Below are positions 49,701 to 64,000 of a stretch of DNA of 64,000 nt, piece after piece. The position numbers and the translations under genes are program-made. The notes under the pieces are model-generated. The model was not told where the DNA came from. It ran no database searches and saw only the letters and a list, made by a program, of their open reading frames with translations. This DNA is from Azolla caroliniana (lineage: Eukaryota > Plantae > Polypodiophyta). Location of the stretch: assembly GCA_043228905.1 (NCBI GenBank), contig JBHGNT010000001.1:5208001-5272000 (forward strand), read 5' to 3'. Numbering within the stretch: the first letter of the stretch is position 1; each line of letters opens with the position of its first letter.

Positions 49701-52326
49701 TTACTAGAGGAGTACGGATGTGTGGCGTGATCCTAAAATGTCAATCACACAAGATCTTTTGATTTGTACATTTTTACAACATTAAAGACCGCATCATGAT
49801 GTTAGGAACAAGCCCTATGTATGTCATGGATTCCAATTTGTGAAACATAAAATATATTAGGTCATAGTAGCAAGTAATGGACTAAAAAATCGATATTCTC
49901 GAGAAGCAAGAAAGAAAGGGTTTGAAAAATAAATCATCATTTAATACGAAAAGTTAGGACTCCCATCCATCTTTTTATGCCACATGTTTCTAAACTTGTG
50001 ACACTTTTTAAAAAAAACCAATCATCCCAAAGGATGATAAAGCTTGAGACGAATGAGAATCTAGGAAAATAATAAAAACCTTAGTTGGATTGAAAAGGAA
50101 GGAATGGTGCTTGTCTTGAGCCACATCCATTTGAAAATCCAATTATCAACATGTGTATACTTTAATGTACGTGCATGTTAAAAGATAGAGTCTAGACATT
50201 ATTTTGGTCATATGTGGTTTATTATATGACCATATGACACAATGGGCTAATGCATTTCAAAAGTCTCTCTTATTAGCAAATGTTTGTGAATTTTTAAGGG
50301 AGCCCTATCACGTGGTAAGCATATCATGTCATCGTTTGCGATGAAAACAAAATATTACCAAAAAGAGAGAGCAAAAAACTAGTGTGGGACCTCAAAAGAA
50401 TCATTTGTTTTGTTCAAGAAATTTTATCTATTTACTATACCATTATGATAAGAGAGAGAGAGAGAGAGAGAGTGTGTGTGTTGCTTAGTATTATACAAAA
50501 AAGGGGAGTGAAACTCTCTCATGGTTTGGTGGTTTACAATATGGGATTAAAGTCCTAATTATAGAGAGAACTAAGTTTGTTCCTTGCCATGGGCTCAACC
50601 TTGTCCCTTAGGTCCCAATTGGTCTCCCGTAGACATGAAAAAGTTCCCTCTCTATCTCCTAGGTCAAATTGGCCTTGTCATGGGCAATAAAATACCTATT
50701 CTATTCTCTCAAAATCAACAACTCAATGCCTTGAGTACAAATCCCACTTTCACACATGTTTATTGTTCACTTTTCCTTGGTTGATTACACATCATCTGTC
50801 AACTTTTGCAACCTCATTTGTGTGTGTGTGTGCGTTCACATTTGAGAACATATAGATTAGAGGACATATGAAAATTTGGGTGATGAAGCTATCTCTATTT
50901 TGAAACTTTGGTGATGCCAATGTAGCACCATTATATCACTGGTTTGGAGAGATGTGCACGCTCATGTTTCACACTTTATGTTATATATGTGTCAACAAAC
51001 CACAAATTTATTTATTCTGTTAACAAGAAAGGCGCACTCACTAATACATAGTTGACCTCATCCCTCTGTCCACTAATTGTGCCATTTTTTCCATATGACT
51101 GAGCTTGAAGTCTCTTTGGAGTGAACTGAAGTGTCAGGGCACAAGTGAGGACTAAATCAACTATACATTTTCCTAAAACTGTGATGTGAGTACAAAGTAT
51201 TACGGTATGCTACAATGCTCCATGTGATGATCACTTAAGGAATTGCACATGTTTCTCTCACAAAGCACAAAGTTCACGTGCGATTGCAACATTCACTACT
51301 ACTAAAATCCATGGGTATTAAGAGTTGGCACTCAACATTAGACGAACTAAATGGTAATGTGCTTACGCTGATCATCTGATAACCTCAGTCATAAGCTATT
51401 AGACCACAGACATAAGGCCTTCGGGTTCGAGTGATAGGGTGTAGCCATTGGGAGGAGGCCGTAGGACTTGAAGGGATATATATGGTCAGTCACGACCAAT
51501 GAATATGAAGGGACATAACAAGTTGGTGCTGCCATCAATGAGAGAGAGCGTCCATGAGGAGGCAACACTCACCACTCCCATAATCCCATTCCAAATTCCA
51601 ATGATGATGAGATGGGCGGATAAAGTTGCTCATGATTCTCATGAGACATCTCTCCATCTATCCAATTGCTCTGTTCTGATCTGCAACAAGACCATACCCA
51701 ACATTTTCATTCATATTGGGTTGATTATGAACAACAATACATCCATCCATCCTTGCATTTTTGTTTGGCTATGTCTACATTATATAATATGTCTATGTCT
51801 ATGTCTATGTCTCTGTCTATGGTGTGCTGATGATGATGATTATTGATGATGGTGAGAGGAGGATGACCCCCCTCCCTCCCCACGACATTAGTTCATTATT
51901 TTACGGAAGCTCTTTCTGCTTCCTTATCGTAGTTTGTAATGAGGGTATGCTCAGATTCTAGGGGTTTGTGTTTTTGGTGCCTAAATCTCTCAGGAATAAA
52001 GGTTTTTTCAGAAGTCGGGACTTTATTGTGAGAGTTGGGTTGTATCACAAGTTAGCTCCCGTTTTTTGTGTTTCTGCTGCCTCATTCTCTCCGATATTAG
52101 GAGTTTTGTCAGAAATTAGGAATTAAGGTCTTTGTCAGAAAGTAGGGCTTGATCAGGAATTAAGGGTTTTGTCAGAACGCAGGATTATATCAGGAAATAG
52201 CATAATTGTTAGAAATTTATCAGAAATTAGGGGGATTTCTGGTTCATCTTAAAAAGTAGTATTTTTGTCATAAATCAGGTTTTATTTCGCAGAAATTGGT
52301 TTCTGTTTTCTTAAAATTGGTTTTTC

Positions 52327-55300
52327 ATGATGGAGCTTCCGTGGAAGTCTAGGGCTAAAAGCCCATCGAAGGAGACTTCTTCATCTTGTATCAGCTTTTC
52401 ATACATTTCACAGCTAAGGAGCCATAACTCGGATGACCTTCAGACCTCTCAATTGCATATTAACGAGGATCTGATTTCTTTCACATGGGTCTCTTCCTCT
52501 AACGTAAAAGTTAGAGTTAATGATAATAAGACAGATATGCAAGGGAACTCTTGTTCATCTTCGTCGATAATTTCAAAGAAATTGATCCATGAAGAAGCTC
52601 GTCACAACCCTCTTCTTCAACCATTAGCTTCATTGGCTAGCTCTTTGGAAGCTATGTTTGTAAAGAGCAAAAGTGTTAAAGCAAAACAGAAAGTTCAGAA
52701 TGGACGAGCTTTATTTTGTTGCCTGGGGTTAGGTGGAAGACAAATCGATAAACTGAATCTGTCTCAAGCTGAATCTGTTTATATTCCAGAAGGCCAAAGC
52801 AATGAGAAAACTATGCTTGATGCTCAATTTCATCACAATGAGGAGGAGTCCAAGACAAGCATCGAGTCAGAAAAGCAACAAGTCAATAAGGTTGCAATGC
52901 ATGAATCAGCATTTGTCACTGTAAAACATCTTTCTGCCGGTGCTTTATCTGCAATCGTGTCGAGGTTTGTTTTCTCCTCCTAAAACTCAAAATGAAGTTT
53001 GAGAGAGAGAGAGTGAGAGTGAGAGTGAAAGTGATGTAGTAATCATGTCTCGAAAGGTACAACCATCATATATTACATGAAATAAGTCTAAAACTTAAAA
53101 TGAAGTTTGAGAGAGAGAGAGAGAGAGTGAGACTGATGTGGTATTCATGTCTCCAGAGGTACAACCATTGTCTAATTCATGAAACATGTACAAGATCTAA
53201 TATGTAGAGATGTAGGGGAAGTTCAATGGTGTTTAGCTTAGTTCCCAAATGTACCATGAGGTCCTGAGGGACACCTAATGTGTTTATTTCCACACACAAA
53301 TACACATGCCTGATATTGCTTTCCTAATATCAACACAACACCAAATGCTGGACTATGGCTTCAATATCCTTTATTTGTATCCAGTTGATTGAGGTATTGT
53401 TAATTGTGTTAAGACTGAATTGTAAAGTCTGAAGCTATTTGTATAAATTTAGGCATGTAAATTTAGGCTATTTGTTGGACATATAATGCCAACAGGATGT
53501 GAGTAAGTGTATGTATAAGTGCCTCTAGGACAAACTTCCTAGGTATGAGCAGCTTACATGTCGAAAAGAAAAAGGGGGATAGGGATGAAATGAAGGTATA
53601 TTAATTTATTCAAAAGGTAAAAGTGACCTAGTAGTTAGAAGTATGATCGAGAGCTCTCTTGAAATATGCATGTATAAGTGTATCCAGGCTGCCAGCAGCA
53701 TACAGACTTGCTAGGTATGAGCAGCTGACGAGTAAAAGAAAAAAAGAGGGATAAAGATGAATTGAAATATTGTGTTATAATATCAAATGCTACATTCATG
53801 TGAAACTTATAGAATGTCTTTTAAAATGAAGCTGAATTAGATTTTACCAAAATTAGGTTGCTATCTTTATTTGATTGCAAGGATGTAAACAAAGCTCAAC
53901 AACGTAGATAGTTATAACGGGAAATTTAGACCAGGAGCAGGTGCACCCAACGAGAGATTACAAGTGACAACGTTCTCTTGTCTATAGGAACGAAATATAC
54001 AAAATTAATAATCTTCCTGAAATAGGCCGTGTAAAAGTCTTCCTAATAGAGCAACATCTGAAGTTTGCTGAATAATGAAATTGAGATCAGTGCTATTTAA
54101 AGATAGCCAAATAGTCTGTCTGAACCTCAGTTCATGATGGAAATATTTCCAAAGCAAGGAAACTCACTCCAATGTGGAGGGATGATGGCATTGATTTGGA
54201 ATATAAGTTTATCAAGGCTGAATTTATTTCTGTATCAGTATACACTGGTGCTACGTATACATGAATGAGAGACATTTTCAATATCAACAAATAGAATGAA
54301 TCCTTGAGAATAAAAGATTTCAAGAGTCAAAGCCAAATTATCTTTGTCTAAACTATTCCAAGGTTGAGTAGGACATGAGAAGAAGTAGGCTTCTATGGAG
54401 AGATAAGTTGTAACACCATAGCATCTTTTTGAATAACCGCGATGTCCTTGTAGGTCATTTGTAGCTCCGTTGGAAAGGCTGAAACTGGAGTACATGGTTC
54501 GTGGTGCTCGTCAAAATGTAATACGAATTATAGAGCTGATTATATTGAATGAAGGAATACGAGGATTCTGGAGAGGAAATGTTGTAAATTTGTTGCGAAC
54601 GGCACCTTTCAAAGCTGTCAACTTTTTCTGTTATGATGTTTATAGAAGAAGGCTGCTTGAGATTACAGGGAAAGAAGAAGCAAGCAATTTTGAAAGACTT
54701 ATTGCTGGTGCAGCTGCTGGAATTTCAGCCACATTACTTTGTTTCCCCATGGATACAGTAAGCATCTAACTAAGTGTAATTCTTATTCTTGTTTTTTCCC
54801 AAACAATTTTATCTATTATTTGAGCAACTGTATGGTCAATTTCGCAACCATTTGAGCAACTGTCAACTGTATGCACTATTTGAACAATTATACAGTGAAT
54901 TCATCCTCCCATCCTCTCTTTTGGGGGTTATCCAGGGGCATTTTAGGAAATAAATAAAATATCGGAGGACATTGGAGTTCTCCCTTTTATTTATAGTCTC
55001 AAAGACCTTTTCTTCTTTGTATGAATGAGATATCACCGTATGATTGTAACATTTTTGAGTCTCATTCTTTATTTTTCCCTTTTAGGCTTCTTCTAGCTTT
55101 AACTCTAACACATACGGCAACGTATAACTTATGTATGGTATTTATAAACATTGTCACCGAAGAAAAGAAATTTATTATGACATTCTTTAGTTTTGTTTAT
55201 GTTTGCTTATAATGAGATCATCTAACACATCTTTAACTTGTAGATACGAACTAGAATGGTTGCTCCAGGTGGGGAGGCTTTGGGAGGTGTAATTAGCTGC

Positions 55301-57393
55301 TTTCAACATATGGTTCATACAGAAGGATTCTTTTCTTTGTATAAGGGTTTATGGCCAGCAGTAATAAGCATGGCTCCCTCTGGAGCAGTCTTTTATGGAG
55401 TATATGACATCTTAAAGACAACATATCTTCATTCTCCAGAGGGTCAGGAAGATCTTAGGAAGAGAATTGAGATGGAGAGAAGGCGGCGTAGAATTGAAGA
55501 GAATTTACCAACTGATAATTTATCTGAAGAAAGCCTCAAAACTAAGACACTCATTGAGCTAAAGGAAGATGCGGGAAATCTTGGACAACTTGAACTAGGA
55601 CCCATAAGGACCCTTGTATATGGAGCAATAGCAGGAATATGTGCAGAGACATCAACTTATCCATTTGAAGTTATTCGACGGCAAATGCAAATGCAAACTG
55701 CAGCTACAAAAATGGGAGCGTTTGCAACTTGTCGATGTGTATTCCAAAGAGGTGGCATTGGTGCCTTGTATTCAGGATTGCTTCCAAGCGCACTTCAGGT
55801 TAACGATTGGTTCTTTTGTTTTTGGTTTCTATTCTACTTTGTTTTATTTGCTGCCTTTGCCTTTCATGTTTTAAAAAGGACAAGTGGCCATATCATGACT
55901 GATAACAGTTCCCTTCATTGATTTAACCAAAGTTCAATGCTAAGGATATGGTATATGATCCCATATGTGGTTGCATGAATCCTAACACTGATTGTTTGAA
56001 TGAAGCTCTAAGGACATAGCTTTGTAGCAGTTTTATAAAACTTCTGGGTAGTCTCCTTCAGATGGGCCAACATTTGTTACTGTACAGTTACAGTAGATTC
56101 TGAAGATACGATACCTAAATCTGTGGCAGAATATAGGTGTTTCTAGAGTTCCACTGTGCATCCTCTGACGATTCAATAGCACCTTTTTGTTTTTATCAAA
56201 ATGTTCAGAATATTTCTGGGTAACTACATTAGGAGCCACCCTGGAGGAATGTATGCAAGCCTTCCCCGCCAACTAGGGAGCACAGGGCTGTTTCCAAATC
56301 CTCTGAAGCTACATTTTTAGGGGTTTATATGCATCTCATCTTGGTTGGCCTTAGCGTGAGTATAGTGTTGAGAATGGGCATAAAACATGCTACTAACCTA
56401 TTTTTCCTATTAAACTGATTCTGTGTGTCCTTGGTTCTATTAAACACCCTTTGTACCAACAGAAGAGGTCGTCTTATAATACTCTTTTTGGGTCCCATAG
56501 ATCATGTTTCTGGCATTTGGAAGACATTAAAATATCATCATCATCATCACGTCCCCCATCCCAAATAGAAACAACAAATGCTGGGATCTGATAGGTCAGC
56601 CTAGCTCGGTATGATTGCATCAATTCATGCCCCCTATGCTCTACTAGAAAAAAGAATATCTCATGTTTTGAAAATGAGATGAAACCTTTCATGTTCTCGG
56701 GCCTCCAAATGAATCGTCAGTTAATGTATGTTTTGAAACTTTGAAACTTTTCAGGATGCTGAGTAACTTACAGGTCATGTTTCTGGCATTTGGAAGACAT
56801 TAAAATATCATCTTCATCATCCCCCCCCCCACCCCCCCACCCCAAATAGAAACAGCAAATGCTCGGATCTGATAGGTCGGCCTAGCTCAGTACGATTGCA
56901 TCACTTCATGCCCGCTATGCCCTAGTAGAAAAAAGAGTATCTCATGTTTTGAAAATTAGATCAAACCTTTCATGTTCTCGTGCCTCCAACTGAATTGACA
57001 GTTATTGTATGTTTTGAAACTTTTCAGGGATGTACTTACATGTAAATGCATGCACGTTAATGTCTTTAGTTAGATATGTATGTAAATGTGGAATATCTAT
57101 GCATGTAAATGTGTTTTTGGTATCTAGTGATGTGTGAAGATAGTTATGTAAATGTATTTAGATATGAAATATATTATCTAAAATTTTGTTACTCTTAGTG
57201 ATTTATACGCAATTTACCTACTTGTACATGTACTGTTTTGTTATGAATTCTATAGGCATGTTATATGGGTATGTGTGTGTTTTATTTTTTTACTCATAGA
57301 ACTTGAGATCTTACTCATCTGCAGGTCTTACCTTCAGCAGCAATCAGCTACTTCGTCTATGAGTGTATGAAGATAATTCTAAAAGTTCCGTAG
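52327..57393 (+). CDS. BTL3: Mitochondrial carrier family protein, BTL2/BTL3-like (Brittle1-like adenine nucleotide transporter), about 521 aa
   Basis: Exons 52327-52964, 54454-54757, 55244-55798 and 57325-57393 join in frame. Motifs are KHLSAGALSAIVSRSFVAPLERLKLEY, LRTAPFKAVNF, PMDTIRTRMVAPGGEALGG, DILKTTYLHSPEG, QLELGPIRTL and LQVLPSAAISYFVYE. Confidence 0.92.
52982..53190. repeat. Tandem duplication of about 108 bp containing (GA)n in BTL3 intron 1
   Basis: aaaact.aaaatgaagtttgagagag...catgtctc..aggtacaaccat occurs twice. A second duplicated pair lies at about 53510 and 53670. Confidence 0.75.
56502..57028. repeat. Tandem duplication of a unit of about 273 bp in BTL3 intron 3
   Basis: tcatgtttctggcatttggaagacattaaaatatcatc occurs at 56502 and 56775, with high identity to the end of the unit. 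Confidence 0.92.
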
Positions 57394-60194
57394 TGAGTAA
57401 TGATACACTGGCTCAAAATTTCTCTACAATCAGTAAAGATAATCAATTTTGTTGCATTCATTTTCTTCTATATATTTCAAAATTGTCATGTATGGAATAT
57501 AGATTAACGTTTTGGGGCTCTGAAGGATTTCCTTATTAATTGTTGGAGATAGATTTTCTTTTTGTTACTCATGTCTTATTGTGTATGGGTCATTGATATG
57601 TGCTGAACAGGCAATTTAGAGCATATAAACATAATTTGTGATATCCCAGTTACAGTAGTGTATGTTTCCCAATAGTATATTTTGAAGTTTTCCTTGCCTA
57701 TACTTCTTCCATTTAATGAATCGTGTATTGCAAACGTTTTCATTAAATTTTTCTGAAGTATATAAAAATTGAAAGGCTCTTAACCTCTAAACCAAATGTG
57801 CAGTTTTCACTCGTTACTCCATGTTTTCCCATAGGATGAATTCCGTGTCAATTAACTAACCACTAGTAGAGACAAGTTATAACTATGGGATTCGAAGAGA
57901 AGTTCAGATATCTCACATTTTATGGGTGTGAATAAGTTAGGCTGGGGTGAATAATGTTGTAGTTACAAGTATTGAGTTAGTCAAATAGGTAGAATGAATG
58001 GAAAAAGCATCCCATTTAATGTTATATTGATCAATCATGCAAAAGAAAATGGAACTCCATGTACGATACAAATCCAGTAGGGATTTAAAAAATAGATTAA
58101 TGTTCATAGATGGCTCAAAAATAGTCTAGAGTAAAATTGTCATTGGAAAACCTCTAATTTCAAGACTTGACAAGAAAATAGTTTAGGTACTTTTTATCCT
58201 TGCTTGGCACAAAGAAAAAAAGAAGAATCATTCCCAAAGTAAATAGCTGAGAGGTGACAGCAAACACTTCCACCTAAACTCTCAGAAGAGTATGTGTGAT
58301 AAGAGTAAACACTTCCACTCAACACTTTCCATATATGTGATAGAGTATGAATATTGGCATGTCGCAGCATTACTTGGAATATGGAAACACTAACCATCTG
58401 ATGCAAAGATTGATTGAAGCAAAATAGGAATCTTCTAGGACAACATAGTTTGGATTGTTGCTATACCAGGATTGTTGCTAACAATTCAACATCAATTACT
58501 TAATGACTTTCAATGCATTAAAGGCTAAATTCTTGGAATGTTTCCAAAGTGAAACCCATACATATGAATTGTTAGTTAAATTGTACAAAATTCCCAAGAA
58601 ACAATCAAGATTAGTGATTTAGTTGCATTAGTTGAATCTATTTCTGGAAGGAGATAATTTGAATGTGAGTGGAGTACTACATCCATTATAAATGCCTTGG
58701 TGTGCTATCAATTTCTCCTTAGTGCCTTGGAGAGTGATCATTTGGATGACATGGTGAATGTGCCAATGTTTGACGTGCACAACAAATTTTTCCATCACCA
58801 ACAGATGGTGTTTGATTATCTATGTATTAGATGAGCAATCATAACTATGGAAAGTCGTGGAGACAAAGTGATGAGTGATGGTAGCTGGCCAATGTAAATA
58901 ATAGAAGAGTTCAGGCCGTGAAACAGTTAAAGGCTAAGGTTTGTAGGTGAATCCTCTCTCTTCTGTAGTTTCTTCTTCTCTATGCTCGTCCAGGGCAGGT
59001 GGAAGGTGTCCCAAACTAAAAAATAAAAGCAATGAACTAGTACCTCAATGAGTTAACCATATTGTGATATTGGTACTCATATTTAATAGCACAATATAGT
59101 TGCTTGAGATTGGCAATCAATAATAAAATGTGATCAAGGCATTTATTCCTGAAATGCATTCCATCAAAAGTGGTCCAGGCATTTACACCTTACTCTCATT
59201 TGATAAAAACAAGTTCATTCAGATTGAATGGATTATGTTGAATTCGTATGAAATTTGTATACCTCATATCAATTGTTGAGAGAAGTGACATAGTTTGTTG
59301 GATCTTAAAAATTCTCATGTGAATGGGTTTATTCTTTGGTGAAAATTAGTTAAACTTAAGGACCCATCACCATGGGTTTGCTACATCTAATGATTCTCCA
59401 TATAAGATGGCAATACTTTCCTTTATATGGTGTTCTTGCTCATGGGCGCAACTTGAAAATAATAGAGGTTTTATAATTTGGTAGCCTGTGGGCTAAGAGG
59501 ATCCCAAACTGCTCTGTGGGATGTCGAATTATTAACATTACCCGTAGCAGGTTACTGTTTGTGAACTTTCTGATATGTTTTAGGATTAAACGCGTACAAG
59601 TGTGACATACGTCCATTTAAAAATAAACTTGAGTGCTGGTGTTATGTTCATAGAACATCACATGCATAGATCTCATTTGTAATTATAAGGTCAAGCTTCC
59701 ACACCGTGCTTTATAGTACAAAGAGCATTCCTTTCTCTCTGTCCAGTATCACAAGCATTGATACAGTTTATTGCATGCACATGTACATTCGGCATCTCTC
59801 TAAACAGCATAGTCATGGATGTGTGCAAAATTCAAATAAATTGATTAGGTGTGTTCATGTATAAGCAATCAAGGTCTTGTTTCTATTATTTAGTCTCTAC
59901 ATAAACAGGTTGAGGACAAGAGTGCAATACATTTTCCTTCTTTTAAAACAATGCAAGCCAGAAATTTATACCTTTTTTTACAAGTTTTTTCACCCTTTTG
60001 TCAAATATTTGGTGAATGAGTCCCCATTGGTACCAAAATTTTAAAATTTTTGACAAATTGGAGTTAATGAAGCAATCAAATTGCTGCAACTTCAGATAAG
60101 TAACTGTTTGTAGTGTCAATAACACTATGTTTCTGCTTTTTCTTTGCCATGACAATATTTTTTGTGCTTTGACTTCACAACACACATTTCTTCA

Positions 60195-63100
60195 TTAACT
60201 GCAGTCTTGACTGCGTAATGCTTGGTTTTCTGGATCAACAACAATGTCACACGTCACCTTGCCCTACAAAACACAACTCTCTCTCTCACTCTCTCTCACC
60301 ATTACACATATTCAATATCCGAGTACATTAGTAATAAAGCTAGTTATCTTTCTCTCTCCCTAGTGTCATGCAGTGGTAAAACATCTATGTTGTGGAATGT
60401 CATGGGTTTTGAGTCCTAACATCTACAGTGTCTTTGTTGCATAGAAAAAAACCTAATGAAATCCACACTTACCAATGACCTCTCCGATAAGACTCTGTCG
60501 TAACATTTTGTATCAAGGGTCATAAACATCATATAAAATTTTCCAGATGGAGAAGAGAGCGTGCCTTGTCCATAGAAGTGTGCAAAGGGCCAAAAAGTAT
60601 TAGTCAGATAATGACCTCACCCCTGCCCAAGATACTCAAGGAACACACGCCAAGAGTACTTGAGGAAGTGCCCATCACTGAGCGCAAGTCTTTGTGACAG
60701 AGATTGGACCTAGTCAAAATGTATGAAGATGATTTCTTGATACTTGGGACTGCACGAGGCAGCATTCTAGCCATTCGGAGAGGCAATATTAACAGACATT
60801 GAATATTCTGAGAGGCAATATTAACAGGTTGATGATAATCTAGCTCTGTTAGGATGGACAATATTTCAGAGGACTAATTTAGAAAGTGCAACAAATTTGG
60901 ATTAGGCCTGAGGATGTACATAAGATTGCACCTATTAACTTTTGATCCCTATAAATTTTGGCAATGCCTCCCGGACTTCTGCCACTTTCAATACGATTGT
61001 GGAGTTTTTCACCTGACAGGAACTTTGAGGGCCTATTTGTCAATGACAGTATAATGTGGAGAATGAATATAACCACAACGACCATTTGGCCAAGATTTTC
61101 AATTATCACCATAAAACGGATTACTTAATAACGCTAAAAAAAGTGAATTCTTGGAAGAGATACATTTCCCTGGCAAGATGACATTACATCAGCAATGTGA
61201 ATGGCCAACGGTCGATGATCTTTCGACGAGAGAAGACAAGGCCAATATATCCAGGATCAGCATGGACGAATTAGCAGTGGGTTCTGATGAGTGTATCTAA
61301 AAGTAAAGCCGTGTCCTATCAAGTCACTTTAGGTTAGGCCCTACATAAATTCAGGTAAAGTTATAAAGGCATGGGCAAAGACATTTTTTGAGGAGGTGAC
61401 ACTTGGCAACATGAGCAAGGATCAATTTACTCAAACTAACCTCATTCGATGTAGAACTCGAAATTCAACTTTCGAGCTAATCCGGGGTCATTTTAGAGTG
61501 CATAACTTGCTCTCTTCTTTACTATCCAAGAGTACCTAGGTAGGTCTACGTACAAACTTTATTTGCAGAAATAGACTTAAACAGTTGCCTGTATTTTTAA
61601 GGTTAGGGCTCTATTTTACTATTCTTTTCTATTACCTACCAATAAAGAAAGACCAGAAGTGGATCCAGTGTTTGGGGCCAATAGATACCAACTTCCTTAT
61701 TCGGGAGAAGTCCAGCTTCATATATGTGAAATTGATGCTTCATGAATCCAAGATCTTGAAGTGTTTCTTCAATTATATAAGATATCTCTAAGGTGAAATT
61801 TCAGAGCTAAATTAGCGGTTCAATGAATGGTTTAGTGCCCTCGCCATTGCCCAATCCTTCCTCAAAGCCAATGAGCTAAATGTGAATGTTTTAATTGGAA
61901 CAATATGCATGTATGATTTCTTTCCATTACATCACTGATGGAATTTTACATACATACTAATAATGAAGGAACACATCTAAATGGATAAAAAGGTCTCAAA
62001 TCTTGGGCATTCCAGCCCAATTTGCCTCTATATAGTTTCCAGAGCTCTTCTCACCTGGTTCATTAACAAGAACTATTAACTAACTTACATAATGAAACAA
62101 TATGTATATATGATTTATTTCCATTATATCACAAAGGTGATTTTGCCTTATATGTGATTTCTAAATAAAGGAAGGGATATGTCTCAGGGGTTCCAAGCCT
62201 ATTTGCCTCTATAGAATTTCTAGAGCTCTTCCATACTGGTTCACTACACCCACCACCAAAAAATAAGAATTGTGGAAACCATATGATGATGATGGCGATG
62301 ATGAAGAAAAGGCTAAAAGTCTCATTTTTAATGTCCTCTCGATTTTCTCTACAGAACAAATACAGCATTATTTGATAGTTCATGAGGATTGAAGGACAGT
62401 TCATGGGGACTGCCACAATGGGAAGTATAGCAAACAAAAAGCTATGGCCCAACCCTTCCACTCTCATAATGAAGTTATAAAATAGATAACTTCCATTTGA
62501 TTTCTTATCATTATGATTTTCTTTCCATTATTTGACCTTCAAAGAATTTATTTTTGTGTAAAACCTCCTACTAAAGAAGAAAAGAATTGGATAAAAACAC
62601 ATACAAAAATGTAAGGGATCTGTACCTACCTCAACAGGCAACTGGAACCAAATTACATCAATATATCCATCGAACACTGAAACAATTTGCAAAGGCACTA
62701 AACCTTTGGCAATATCGACAATCAATGCAGACACGTTATTCAGGATCTGATACCCATCTATTTCAAGACTCGCACTGACAGTTGATGTCTGAAAAGCTTC
62801 AATTAAACCGCCAGCAGACTCCTCTGGCTCATCAATCTCGTCTCCTTGGAAAAGAACACTTGTAACCACATTATCATACTCAAATGTGAAATAATTAGGA
62901 TTTCGTGCTCGAAGGCTCAGATCTATGTCTAGGTCAATTGAGACTGAAGGTTCTTTATCAATTGAGAATTTGACTTTTTGAATGTCTATGTTAACGCGTA
63001 ATGTTTCGATGGAGCGAGGCCAGATGAAGAACCCAATGATGCCTCCGAAAAGGATTAAGAACAAAAGGGAACACGCGAAGCTCCTGATACATGCTCTGCA

Positions 63101-63355
63101 TCTCCATCTTCTTCGTATTCTCTCCGGAGAATACGAAAGGGAAGGAAATGGTGGTGGAGGAGGTCCAGAGGGTAAGAAAGCATATACTGGTTGTCCTTCA
63201 ACTGTTTCACGGATCACAGGGTAGCCAATGATGAGAGGGCCTTCTTCATCTCCATCTCCATCTCCATCTCCATCTCTACCTTCGGCGAGCCGTCTTCTTC
63301 TTCCTTCTTCTTCATCGTCTAGTCCTTGTTGATGTATAGGGAGACGCGATGCCAT
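60195..63355 (-). CDS. LEA_2 domain / NDR1-HIN1-like membrane protein, about 264 aa
   Basis: Exon 1 (63355-62630) has a Pro-rich stretch, a basic and Cys cluster, a TM helix ending FFIWP and the LEA_2 motif RNPNYFTFEY, with donor GAG|GTAGGT. Exon 2 (60263-60195) encodes GKVTCDIVVDPENQALRSQDCS*, the conserved C-terminal Cys pair. Confidence 0.9.
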
Positions 63356-64000
63356 GGATGTCAATCTTTCCTTTGTGCTCTCTCTTTCTCTCTCTCGGGT
63401 ACTCTAAAGTTTACTAGAGAGCCATCCGGCAAATGCTCTGTTTCTGATGCTCTCTCTCTCTCTCTCTCTGTTCATGAGTTTTACACTTGAGGAGTCAGTC
63501 CTAAGGAAAGACCAACCTCTTATGGGCGAGAAGCCGCATTCGGGATTCCCCCGACAATGTCCCATTTTGTTCGCATTATGGCACAACCTCATTGGCCGTA
63601 ACCATATGAAAAAAGAAGAACTTCGGGACCGCCCCCTCACTCTCTCTAGTCACCGATCAGAAATCCATCCCGATTTCGCACAAATATGTCTTTCTTCCAT
63701 CACGAATAATTTTACTCCGTCTATTCTTTGCTCCTTTGGTTAACCGTACCCATCTTGTAAACACAACAAAACTCCAACCAAAGGCTACGTTCTGATGTGA
63801 GTACTCACGTAGGAAATCCATGTTTGGTGTGGGTCAAAGTAATTGGGGGTGGACCACTTCCACATTGATGTGGTCCTTGAGGTAAACAATCTACGGTCTT
63901 AACTAAATGAACATTCCACGATCTAACATAATGAACACTCCAAGCTTACACTAACTTGGAACCAATTTGTGTATCACAACTCATTGGGTCTAGGATGAAT

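Noticed and set aside
51410-51480. GC-richer stretch containing gggttcgag (B-box-like)
   Set aside because: No A box at proper spacing was found and no cloverleaf could be drawn.
23188-57393. Functional cluster of two adenine-nucleotide carrier genes
   Set aside because: They belong to different subfamilies, lie about 25 kb apart and are separated by unrelated genes. The family is large, so co-occurrence is unremarkable.
60560-61300. Possible LINE endonuclease remnant in the LEA_2 gene intron
   Set aside because: Only weak motif traces (ERKSL*QRL..FLILG) are present, too degraded to call without a profile search.

Overview
This is AT-rich nuclear DNA from a land plant. Intron style, protein divergence from angiosperm homologues and the LINE types suggest a seedless vascular plant such as a fern (inference). 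Most short ORFs in the supplied track are noise. Six spliced protein genes were rebuilt by hand with in-frame GT-AG junctions: VMP1/KMS1 (minus, runs off the left edge), peroxisomal adenine nucleotide carrier PNC (plus), WD40/TPR CaaX protein ASG2/WDTC1 (plus), calmodulin-lysine N-methyltransferase (plus, with a likely U12-type intron), a BTL2/BTL3-like mitochondrial carrier (plus) and an LEA_2/NDR1-HIN1-like gene (minus). Introns and intergenic DNA hold decayed Ty1/copia, L1 and RTE-X/L2-like LINE fragments, a solo LTR with a target-site duplication, MITE- and SINE-like elements and many local duplications. The most unusual part is 15.3-21.5 kb. It holds three intact 72-nt tRNA genes, plus one decayed copy, with a Lys (UUU) anticodon on a body resembling plant tRNA-Thr(CGU). 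The copies differ only by structure-preserving changes and are interleaved with an apparently non-coding multi-exon transcript on the opposite strand. All homology calls are from memory of protein and RNA families; no database search was run.
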